Part shown: positions 17,452 to 28,578 of the stretch, in pieces
Numbering within the stretch: position 1 is the stretch's first letter
Layout of the letters: every line of letters starts with the position of its first letter
Translations under genes and position numbers: made by a program
Notes under the pieces: model-generated
Seen by the model: the letters and a program-made list of their open reading frames with translations, nothing else
Database searches by the model: none
Told to the model about the DNA's origin: nothing
Assembly: GCF_000315625.1 (NCBI RefSeq)
Contig: NW_005434651.1
Span: 602,045-665,693 of the forward strand
Direction: 5' to 3'
Source of the DNA: Guillardia theta CCMP2712
Lineage: Eukaryota > Protista > Cryptophyta
Length of the DNA stretch: 63,649 nt

Positions 17452-20350
17452 TCATGCCAATGCCCCTCGTTCTTCCTCCTCTTTCTTCTTCTTGTCCTCA
17501 GCAGACTCCTGAGATGGGATAGAGAGCCAAGCGTCGTTCTCGCCTGTGACGATCGTCTCAACCTGCATGATCAGCATCGAGATGCTCTCAGTGGAGGCTT
17601 TGTCCACTGCTGATATGCTGTGCCACCAGGTGATAATGTTGTTCAATTTCATCAGTGACTTGTTGTATCGCGCAAGCTTCTGCCGTGTCCCGTGGAACTC
17701 CAACCAGGAGACGATGGCGGCAGAGAACGCGATCAGGATGGCTCCGTACTCGGGATACCCAAGGGTAGAGACAGCAGCTGCTCCGGAGTTTGAGAGGATG
17801 GTCAGCCAGGTGCAAGCATTGAGCGTTTGTCTGTACCCAGGGAGTCTGCTGCGGTAGAAATCCAGCATCAGGTTGACTCTGACCTCGATGTACTGGTTGG
17901 GCGAGGTGGGGGTGTGATGGTTGTCCACCAGAGGCGCGTCCTGCTGGGTCTTGTCGTCGTCCCACTTGTGCTGGAAGTGCTTGTAGACCTTGCGGGGGTA
18001 GCTGCGCATGAAGGAAGTCTCGCCGATGTCCGCAGACTCCATGAGCTCTGCCCTGAGCTCGAGGACGCGGTCACGGAGAGCGATCTCCGGGGCATCCGAC
18101 TTGTTGTTGTTCATGGCGAAGACGCCGACGCGCGTCCTGTACATCCAGATGACGCTGACGATGCGTGATGAGATGTTTCGCAGGATCCGCCAGCGGTGCA
18201 TGGGGTTGTAGAACGCCAGGATGGCCCCGATGATGGACGCCGACAGTGAAAGGAAGAAGATGATAGTCTTGGTCCTCCCGTCATCAAGGCAGGTGAAGGC
18301 AACAACCTCACACCTGTCTACTTTGTTCTTCATCACTGTGATCGCTGTGATGACGAGGCCCAAGGACAAGATGACGATATAGCCTAACTTGGATATGATC
18401 TTGTACGACTCCGCCACGTGGTTGCAGATGTCCACAGTGTCCCAGGCCTCCCGCAAGATCTTGAGACCTTCGAGCGAGTTCTCCTCGGGGATCCTTCCGA
18501 TCCGGACAAGATCCTCAATGAGCTTGCTGAGGCCCTTGACGTCGCTCACGTTCCTCCCGTAGAAGATGGGGGAGGAGAGCAGCTGGCTCACTTGCTCCCC
18601 ATACTCCACCCGTGCGTCTTCAGAGATGCTCGCCTTCATCGCGTCGAAAGATTCCCACAGGGGTTTGATCCCCTTCTTCTCGCACACCCGCACGACCTGC
18701 CAGTAATTCTGCATGTGCTCTTCCTTGAGGAAGTCGACAACTGAGCGAAGGTCAGCGAGCTTCTCCTCCTCCGAAGAATCCATCTTTTCCCCTCTGTTCT
18801 TCCTCTCGATCGCCTCCCAGAGTTTCTCCGGGTGAGAGCTAGACTTGGAAGCATTCGGATTCTTGCTAATCGCCGGTTCATATTCCTTCAGGACCGAATC
18901 CATAAACGCGATGTTACACACGTCATAGACTTCATTCTGATTCGCTTGAAACAGCTCCTCTCGGAACTCTCGGATCTGAGAAAATGCTTCCTTCAGCCTC
19001 TCTTTCCTGCTGTTCCCTCGCAACTCCTTCCTCTCGCGCAGGTCCAGGAACACGACAGGAACAGAAGAGTTGATGATGTCAACACAGATCTGCAGTCAAA
19101 CAATCCCATCACCCAAGACTTACAGGCCACGAGCAGGGCCAGCAAACTCACCTGGTTGTTGGTGTTCTCATGCGTCCTCGTGAACCTCAGAGTGAAGCAG
19201 GGGATAGACTGAGAGAAGTTCTCTAGGATCATGTTCTCCAGCAGGTTCGCCGGCCCGGGGTTCCAGTTCACAAACTTGCCGTTGGTGTCCACGGTGGCGC
19301 CCTCGAAGAGGATGTAGTTGTCCACTCCCGCCAGCAGGTCTTGGCTTACCCACTTTGAGCGTTCCGGGCTAGAAACGGCCTTGTTGAAGTCGTCCATAAG
19401 GTCATCGTTCCTCCCGAAGCTCTCCGACTTGCTCCTGATCTGATGCGACACCGTGCCATCTACCCTGCTCTGCCGCTGGAACACCCACCTCCAACCCGAG
19501 CCCATGGTGGAGAAGGGGAGCTTCGCCCCCCACTTGGATCGCAGCAAGTTGACCGCCTGAGAGAAGGCATGAGCGCCCATGTCCCAGTCTGAGGCCGGCA
19601 TGAGCACTATGGCGTTGGTTTGTGCGCACAGAGGGATCAACACGTCCCGAAAGAAGTTCACCAGCTTCACCTTGGCGTTCTCGAGCTCACTTTGTTGCAC
19701 AGATGGGCCATGGTTACCAGGCAGATAGTTCTCACGCCACATGTCGGGCACTCCTCCTATATTCCCGCTCAGCAAGGGTTGCGGATCGAATTTACCCTCC
19801 TCGAAATCTTTCCCCACCCTCTCCGTGAACCACCTGTACTGCATCGTCCCTGCCTCTGAGTGCAGAAGCTTCACCACCAACTTGGGCTTCCCGTTCAGCT
19901 CGAACGCATGGAACAGCTTCGGGATCGATTCTCGGGTGAAGACGGAGGCCTGTCGGTTGTTGAGCACCAAAAGCTTCTTCGTCATCGACGACGACCCGAC
20001 TTCGGCATGGATGTCCTCGACTGCAACATCATCTCGTCAGATGCTGCTCAAGTTCTCACAAGTAAGAAAACAACACGTACCTAGGTTATAGAGAGTCTGT
20101 GCCAACCATGAAATTGGGCCATGAACACACCGAGGAGAAGGAAACGTTAGGAAACGCGGGCCACAGGATTCGAGCAGAGGGATTGACACACCTTGGCTCT
20201 TATCTCCAGCAGCTCGTCTTCTATCTGCAAACCGTTGCTCCTGCGAGAGTGGATCTCTGACCTGATGGTGGCAGGCTGCCTTGCGGGTGGAGCGGCCGTG
20301 GGATCGGGTTCCATCGTGTTGACAGATCCTGGAAGTTGATCTTCCTCCAT
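17452..20350 (-). CDS. SLOG/LSDAT (TRPM N-terminal-like) domain + two tandem SLATT (2TM) domains
   Basis: ORFs 18993-19985 and 17452-19053 join in frame through a 62-nt GT-AG intron (19090-19151). N-part: KPKLVVKL, VLIPLCAQTNAIVL, NYILFEG, IPCFTL..DIINSSVPVVFLD. C-part: AWD..2TM..NPMHRWRILR..IWMYRTRVG, then SPNQYIEVRV..FY..2TM..KLARYN..L.NIITWW..VETIVTGENDAW. Confidence 0.85.
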
Positions 20351-21108
20351 GATCGCTCAACAGATTGACAATGTAGATATATTGAAACTGTCGCTTCTAT
20401 TGTTATTTCGCCAAGCCGTGCTTTGTGTATCCCCTGACAATCTTGCAGTCTGCGAGACTTTTGGCGCACTTACGTCTAAAACCCTTTCAATCTCGTTCCC
20501 TGTGGCTGTCAACACGTCCCTACATCTATTCTTTGCTCTCTTATATCTTGTGCTCACTCTCCTCTGCTCTCCTCTTACTCGCCCTCCTCTTTCCCTCCTC
20601 TCTTCCTCTTCCTCTGCATCCTTCGCCTCCTGCTGGTCGTTACTACGTATCCATTTTTTTCCGCTTCTGTTGGTTGGAAGTTCACGATTGCGCTCTGAGG
20701 CAGACCTGTTCCCACCATTTCTCTCTGAGGCAGACTCGCATCGAGTTTAGCTAATTCTTACTCCCCAAGTCTTATTTCAACAGAACAGGACTTAATTTAA
20801 GGCTAATCCTTGCATTTTTAGGTATCTTTGAGAAATATTTAGAGAGCTTGTCGGTTAATTTAAGGTCCCTCCTGGAGGAATTGGGGAGCAAGGTGTAATG
20901 GCGGCGATCGGGGGGCAGGAGCGACGGCGAGGCGGGAGATGTTGAGAGCTGACATGGTGGAATGAGGCTCCGATGTGCAAGTAATGCGCATCAGCTGATA
21001 GTCGTGCGATGAGGAACGTCGTGTGCTGCTCGCTCTGTTGTATCCCGCTACTGCCCTGACTAGGTTGGTTTTGCGGCTGCTCCGTTTGATCTTGTGGAAC
21101 AGAGCAAG

Positions 21109-22466
21109 ATGTTTCTGGAGTTATCGATCGAGAAGAAGATAGCATTCCTGATGTCTGTCCACCCAAGATTGGGAGCTGAGTCGTGCGGATCATGGCAAAA
21201 GTTAGCCTCGGACAACTTCTGCTTCGATGATGTGCTCATGATCATTGTGAAGGCAGCAGAAATCCGACCTGGGATCGTGCGGAAGATGTCGAGGCGAGAA
21301 ATTTTCATGGTCGGGGAGGGAAAGCTACAATGTCCGCACTGTGTTGCTGTCGACTCGGCGGGCAACATTGTAGTAGTGGACTGCGATGGGGTCAAGGTCT
21401 TCAGGGGAAGGGATGGAACATTGCTGAAGAGCATGGGGCACCGGGGAAGCAATATCACTGAGCTGCACCTTCCATGGGGAGTGGCTGTCGACCAGGACGA
21501 CAGTATCATCGCTGCCAACGTGGGTGAAGACAACATAGTTGTCTTCGACAAGGACGGGAGCGTGAGGCGGACAGTGGGTCGGAGCGGATCTGGGGAGGGA
21601 AAGCTAAAGCACCCCTACGGTGTGGCGGTGGACGGGGAGGGGAACATCGTGGTAGCAGACTACGACAACAACAGGCTGCAGCTGTTCGGGAGGGACGGGA
21701 GGTTCCTCAGGGCGATAGGGAAGAAGGGCAGCGGGGAAGGGGAGCTACAGCAGCCGTGGGGGGTGGCGGTGGACAGCAACGGCGTCATAGTCGTGGCTGA
21801 GAGCCTGGGGAGGAGAGTCGCCATGTTCAAGAACGATGGCACCTTCATCAGGTCGATCCGCAGGTGGGGGAGCGAAGGCTCCGCGCTGGGTCGCCCGCGC
21901 GGCCTCGCCATCGACATGGAGGGGAACGTGGTGGTGGCGGACTGGGAGATGCACAGAGTTCTTGTGTTCAGGTGGGGCAAGCTGCTGTGACTGTGCTCGT
22001 GGAGGAAGGGAGTGACGCGCTTGCTGGCTGCAGGCAGGATGGGAGCTTCGTGCGATCCTTCGGGGGTCGGGGGTCGGGGGACGGGGAGCTGAAGCATCCA
22101 TGTGGTAAGCTGCTGATGATCACATGCGTATGGTTGCCAGAATCTCCTCCCTACCTTGTCCCCTCTCCCATCCCCATCCCCCTCCCTACCTCCTCTCCTC
22201 CCCCTCCCCCTCCCTACTTCCTCTCCTCCCCCCCCCTCTCTACCTCCTCTCCTCCCCTCCTCTTCCCTACCTCCTCCCCTCCTCCTCCTCTACTCCCTCC
22301 CTTGCCCGGACTCACCTCGTCTTCCCTGCCTCTTCCCCTCCTTTCTCCTCTCTCTCTGCTTTCTCATCCCTTGGGTGCAGGCGTTGCTGTGGATGGGATC
22401 GGAAACATCGTGGTAGCGGACTACGAGAACCATCGGGTTCAAGTGTTCAGCGCTGAGTTCGAGTGA
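21109..22466 (+). CDS. NHL-repeat beta-propeller protein
   Basis: Repeated GSGEG(K/E)LxxPxGVAVDxxGNIVVADYxNxRxQxF units; two introns near 21972-22033 and 22104-22380 restore the last repeat, ending ...VQVFSAEFE*. Confidence 0.92.
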
Positions 22467-22683
22467 ATGAATCGATTCCCCTCCCCTCGTATGCTCGTAG
22501 CCCTGAGATCCTTTACCCTTGCCGGAATCCGCTTCTCCTCCTCCTCCTCCTCCTCCTCCTCCTCCACCTCCTCCACCTCCATCACCTTAGTATATATATT
22601 GTTTATTATACTTACTCTAATGTATCTCAGTCAATAGAATTGCTTTATCATATATTTCTACATTGTTGAATCTTGAATCTTGT

Positions 22684-22783
22684 NNNNNNNNNNNNNNNNN
22701 NNNNNNNNNNNNNNNNNNNNNNNNNNNNNNNNNNNNNNNNNNNNNNNNNNNNNNNNNNNNNNNNNNNNNNNNNNNNNNNNNNN
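22684..22783. other. Assembly gap (100 N), followed by a C/T-only tract
   Basis: Run of n; low-complexity pyrimidine tract 22784-22937. Confidence 1.
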
Positions 22784-22958
22784 TCCCCCACCTCCCTCCC
22801 TCCCCTCCCCTCCCCTCCCCTCCCCTCCCTCCCTCCCTCCCTCCCCTCCCTCCCCTCCCCTCCCCTCCCTCCCCTCCCCTCCCCTCCCCTCCCTCCCCTC
22901 CCTCCCTCCCTCCCTCCCTCCTCCCTCCCTCCTCCCTGATTGCTACTCTTCACCACAG

Positions 22959-23837
22959 GAGAGGAGCAAGGGCAACTTTCCGGGGCCGTGCCTTATCATC
23001 CAGCGAGGGAGCATGAAGACGCTGAAAGACGTTGGCCTGCCAGGAGCTTCTTGCACCCGACTGATCCTCTCTGTGCAGGTGGTGGAGGCAGCAGCGAGGG
23101 GAGTGCAAGCTGCCATCCTCCCAGTGGGTGGTAGCGATGGCGGCGAGGTGTGCCGGGAGGACAGCTCCGTACCTCTGATTCATGTGGTCAGCACACCTTG
23201 CAAGACTTGGTCTTGGCTTGCAACTCGTTGAACTTGCTGCCAATCATTGAAGTATCCAGCGAGGAGGAGATCGGGGCGGCAGTGCAGGCTGGCGCCCAGG
23301 TATGGTGAAGGGCTGTTGTCCCATGTTTGCTGATGCGGCGGAGCCAGGCGCTCCTAGTCAAGGAAGTCGAGTCACTGGAGACGTCGATGAGACTCTTCGA
23401 AAAGATCCCCAAACAGGTGAGGAATGGCTGTGGTAGGAGAGGAGGAGGGAGACTTCTCCCCGCAGGTTGTTTCCCTTTGTTCCATCGGGGGGATGCAGGA
23501 AGACTGTGCGGAGCTCGAGCAGGTTCAAGACCGAGAGTCTCGTCACCCGCTGAACAACATCACTTCAGGCAGCCGCATCAAAGATCGTGGGGTATGATGG
23601 AGTTGTGATATCTCAGGCGGCAAGGTTGTTACGACATGACTTCTTCCTTCCTTTCCCTCTGCTGTCTTTCTCCTCGCCTTTCTCGCTCCGTCCTCCTCTG
23701 GTCTGCCTGCTTGCCTTCAGTTTCTCATCTCTTCGTGTAGATCTGTGGGGGATGTTGAGTATGTCGAGTGGATTTTGTCGAATTTGACGAGCAAGAGATC
23801 GAAAGCCGTTGAGTTTTCCATCCAAGAGTTCAAGTGA
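22959..23837 (+). CDS. Indole-3-glycerol-phosphate synthase (TrpC)-like TIM-barrel protein, divergent; 5' part lost in the gap
   Basis: Spliced exons: ERSKGNFPGPCLIIQRGSMKTLKD|VVEAAARGVQAAILPVG..|DLVLACNSLNLLPIIEVSSEEEIGAAVQAGAQ|ALLVKEVESLETSMRLFEKIPKQ|VVSLCSIGG..|..VGYDGVVISQA; colinear with the IGPS C-terminal half. Confidence 0.65.
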
Positions 23838-23876
23838 GATGTGCTGTCAGGAGGAGGAATGGGAGGAAGAGATGAT

Positions 23877-23941
23877 GGAGGAGGAGGAGGAGGAGGAGGA
23901 GGAGGAGGAGGAGGAGGAGGAGGAGGAGGAGGAGGAGGAGG
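23877..23941. repeat. (GAG)n trinucleotide microsatellite, intergenic/3' region
   Basis: Directly visible. Confidence 0.95.
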
Positions 23942-24301
23942 ACTGGGATGGGGAAAGGTGGAGGGCGGCTGGCTCACTGCAGTGTAGGAAGAGGCATCCT
24001 ACGATCACCGAGCGATGGGACGCCGATTGTGCGCAACGGGATCCTACCTCATGGTTGCGAATATGAGAGGGAGGACGGAGGGAACGGGGGAGACGACTTG
24101 GTGGTGGTGGTGGTGAAGGAGAGAGGGAATACGAGGATGGGGAGAGAAAGGAGGGGGGAGCAGAGGGAAGAGGAGGGGGAGAGGGGGCAATGGGGAGGAC
24201 TACTGATTCTCTTGCAGGAAAAAGTGGAAGCAATACAAGAAGACACGAGATTATCAGATCAGAGCTCAGATCTGGGGTGCGTGACGGTCAATGCAGACAC
24301 T

Positions 24302-26301
24302 TTATTGTTCAGGTTCAGAATCTGATATCACCTCTACCTCTTCGCTTCTGTTGTGATAGCATGCTGGATCCAAGCTCTCCCCTGCCCCTCCCCCCTGCCC
24401 CTTCTCCTCAACGCTCTCATCCTCTTCCTCATTATCGTGAAGCTTTGCTGGGCGCCCTCCCTGCTCCTCCTGGTTTTCTCTCCTCTCCCCACCTCCATCC
24501 ACATCGTCCTTCACCTTCTTGTTGCTGTCCCAGCCCACAGCAGATGCCTCATTGGTCATGTCCATTTCGTCAGCATTTCGTTTGTTTCTCTCCCCCCCTC
24601 CTCCCCCCTCCTCCACCACCAGCCTCGAAGTACAGCCCGCCTCTCCAGCGCAAAGTCCATCTTCCTCCTCCCCACCTCTCTCAGACGCTCTCTGCCCTTC
24701 TTCCGATCCCACCGGCCACAGGAATGTCCCGATCCTCGTCAGCGGGTTGTAGAAGAAAGGACGGCGTGCTCGTCGTGAGTAGAGGCAGATCCAAGGAGGA
24801 GGGACTTCGTCAGGACGGGGGATGGAAACTTGAGCGGGAGCATCCGATAAGGTTCCCCTCCGCCCCTCCCCATCCTCCGGGAAGACCTCCAGGCACGGAG
24901 TCTCTCCTCGAGACCCCACGGGCTGCTCGCGTGCCGGCGACTCTTCATGCCTGCTGGCCGGAGAATCGGAGCTGGAAATCTGTTGTAGGAACGAGGAGGG
25001 ACAGCAGGAGGGAGGGGGGGGGAGGAGGAGGAGGAGAGCAGGAGGAGGATGAAGTGAGAATTGCAACACGCAAAACAAGATTATCTACCTTCTTGTTCTT
25101 CTGTCGCTCTCGGACTTGTCGAATCAGATCTTCGAATGTTCGCCCACCTTGTACTTCTCCCTTGGTACTCCTGAGCCCTTACGATTAACGAGTTCCCCTC
25201 CTCCTCCTCCTCCTCCTCTCCCCCTCCCCCCTTGGTCTTCAGCTCCTCACGTGCACTCTCTCTTCCCCTCTCCCTCTCTCCCTCTCCCTCCATTCTTTTT
25301 CGCTTCCCCTATTCTCTGTCTCGTTGTCCAGTTACTCCTCTATGCCTGCCCCCCTGCCCCTCCTTTCCTGCACTCCATCCCCTTTCCTCCCCTCCCACCG
25401 CTCGTCCGCTCCTCACCGGTCGAAGAAGTTTGCTTTAGTTCTGTTCTGCGCGTTCTGTTCCTGCGCGAGCTCTCTGATAATCTGTTTGCGGAAACTCATT
25501 CACAATTTGACGCCGGAAACTCATTCAAAATTGGACGCCAACAGTGATGGTGTTAACAAACACTGAATGAAGTTGCACGACTGACCTGAGCCCTCAGGTC
25601 ATCCTCTGTCTTTGAGATCCCACGATCACATTCAGCATTGAAACGTATGCAGAACTCCTGCGCAACGGTACCATCATGAGCAGAACAGACTCTCTCAATA
25701 GTGCCTTGTGAAGCTTCTCCAGATGTTTCTTGTCCCCTTTTATCAGACTCTCTGGGATCCCTGAATGACAATGAGTTCAGGTTGATGACAAGCACAGGCC
25801 ATTCATGTCAGGTAAGGCACCTGTGTCTTTGCAGAGCTTCTTCAATGCTGTCTCGCTCATCAGGTTGTAGTTGTATTTACCGCTGATGTGTTTGGCAACG
25901 ACTGCAGCATCCTGGTTCATGACTTTGACCTGCCCATGAGATTTCATCTGACCATTCTGATGCTGCCAGATGTTTCAGAACGGAGCTTGCGAGAGTTATG
26001 CCGTCTTCACCTTCTTCAGTACGGTGCTCCGGAGACTTGAGTACATTTGTACAACTTGACCGAGCAGAGCATTCTTGCGCAGGTCACCCTCAACACAAGG
26101 TTCACGGCAGATGGGGCAGAAGTTGTGGTGCTGCAGTGACCGTCTGATGCATAACGAGCAGAAGTTGTGGCTGCAGCCAAGAATCATGGGAGTCTTGAGG
26201 AGGTCCTTGCATAGTTGACACTTGAGGCAGTCCTTGAGGGGCTTGAACTCTGACTTCAGTGAAGCTCTCTCCCATGCGATCTCACCTTCCATCACCTGCA
26301 T
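24302..26301 (-). CDS. RAD18: RAD18-like E3 ubiquitin ligase (RING + SAP + Rad6-binding-like segment) with C-terminal WW-like domain
   Basis: RING LKCQLCKDLLKTPMILGCSHNFCSLCIRRSL..CPIC; SAP-region YNLMSETALKKLCKD and QEFCIRFNAECD; exon FEDLIRQVRERQK; last exon with VPPPWICLYSRRARRPFFYNPLTRIGTFLWP. Confidence 0.85.
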
Positions 26302-28578
26302 CACTCTCAGCGCTGCATGCAGCTCCTGTGGCTACTGCGGTATGACTTCATGAGATGGAAGATTTGGTTTGTTGTTTGGAATATTCATGGTTAGTGGAGG
26401 AGCCGGGATCAGCAAGAGCAGCATGGAACAGAGGAGCATGAACATGAACTAGCATGGGTAGCAGGGACCAGAGGAGCATAAATGAGCATAGATGTGCATG
26501 GAGGAGCATGGAAGAGCATCTATGAGTCAGAGTTGTCACCGGCGCCTCTCACCTAACGCGCCATTGAATGTGCAGGAACGTATGTAACGGTGGCGCGATT
26601 TACTGTAACCGAACACCAACCGTAGATAACCGTTTGGATATGAATTTTCAACCTGGAACTCCGAGGCGTGTGTACGAGGGCGAAGCGATGCACACACAAC
26701 ATGACCTCCGAGAGACGCAGCTCATGTCTAATGCGGTAGACACCTGTACCATGCAGCAGGAATTGCTGATGAGGTTCGCTTGAATGGTCGGTGCTTGTAG
26801 TTCACCGTTTGTATGCTCCAAGCAAACAAGCATTGTGGGGTATGGACTCACAAGTTCAGAGGCAAGATGGATTCATTCCTTGGTCACAATCTTGTCGTTG
26901 ATGCAGCACGATTCCATCGATCGCAATCGTAGACGAAAACGCAGGGACGCAAAACGATGAGCTGGATACGATGGTATACATATTCTTGATGACAGTGTAC
27001 AGATAACCTGGGACGACGGCCAAGTACGCGCAGCTCAAGGGCTGATGTACAGCATGCAAAAAAGCACCAACACTTGAGAGAAACATGTCCTGGAGGCAGA
27101 GTGATAAAATGTGGACCAGAAAATGGATTGATTGATGAAAGCCAAGCATCGAGGTATCGATGTTAGTATAAGCTGTTGCTGCAAATTAAGGGAGGACGGC
27201 ATACCATCATGAGAAAGCGTCAAGATACGCAGAGGCACCAGCAAAACACCGACGTCTGTTTGCAGAAAAATGAAGTAGCACATCTTCTGTGACGTAAGAA
27301 CCCATATACCACCATGAAGAACAACACTGCAGGTGAGAAAGTATAATTGATTTGTGGGCCACATTCGGATCTTAGTGCTGAGTTGCATGCTGAACACGAG
27401 ATCTGCTGGTTGTGAGCAAGCGCAGGGAAAGCTGTTGGCAGAAGTGTATGCCAGCATGCGCTGAAAGTGCGCTGCCTTAAAGTCAGGAACGGAAAGTTTC
27501 ATTATGGCAGGTCGAGGCAGGGGGAAGTGCGGATGATACTTGCCAGAAAATTTCCTTCACTTTAAAAAAATCTAGTGCACTCCAGCAGAAACGGCAGCGC
27601 TCTGCTCAGAGCCAAGGTAGGACTGCATGTTTCCCTCAGTGTCGACGAGTCCGAGAGCGTTTCCAACGACGGAGCCAACAGCAACGTGGGCCTGCAAACG
27701 GCATCACGAATCAAGGGATCAACAACAAGAGATCATCGCTCACCGCAGTCACGTCAGACCAGCCAGGGGTGGGGGTGGGGTTCACATGCACAAATCCAGC
27801 AGAGCAGTTTCCCTTGTCCTGGGAAGCACAGCGGTAGACTCCGTTCCAGAGAAGCTGCAAGACAGCGTCACATCTCAGGTCCAGTGGTGTCAACACACAC
27901 ACACCCTTTCTGATCGAACAAAGACATGTCACAATACATAACGATCCGTTTGAACAGTAAATCTCAGTTCTGGATTGGAGTAAAGGGGTATCACATGAGG
28001 AACGGATCACATAACAAGATTGCCACAGCCCCCAAGTTTCTCGCAAACACTGCTTCATAAATCACAAAGCTAGGTTCTGAGGCGGTGGATGAAGAATCAT
28101 GTGGAAACATATGGGAAAGGAATGACGAGTACAAGAATTGCCTTTAAGGTACTGCGAGAAGCAAAATGCTGCAATCCGACCATATGCATGGGGCACAAGG
28201 AGACATATGTGGGATGGGACAACGAAGAGAAGAGTCTGAAGAATGATTCCAGATGACTACACAAGAGGAGAGAGGGGAGGAGAGGAGGAGGAGGAGGACT
28301 GTCGCTAGCGTTACCGCGAACATGGCGGGGCAGTCGAGGTCAAATCCACGCGTTTCGGTACCCTATTACTAGGAGGGTACCATTGACTAAAAGTTGTACC
28401 GCTCAAAATAGATCGACCACCCTACCCCCTGTGAAAGCTTTCATCCTGTTAACGGGTCCTCACCAGTTTTTTAGACCGTTTCGAGTCAAAATGACGGTTA
28501 TCGTTTTGAGAGCTAACTAAACTCACTCTTAGCTTTTATATGTAGTCAGGTGGCGTAGTTGTAGCAGGCGCCGCAGGA

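Noticed and set aside
21988-21990. Premature stop suggesting an NHL pseudogene
   Set aside because: Lies inside a GT-AG intron; the repeat resumes after splicing
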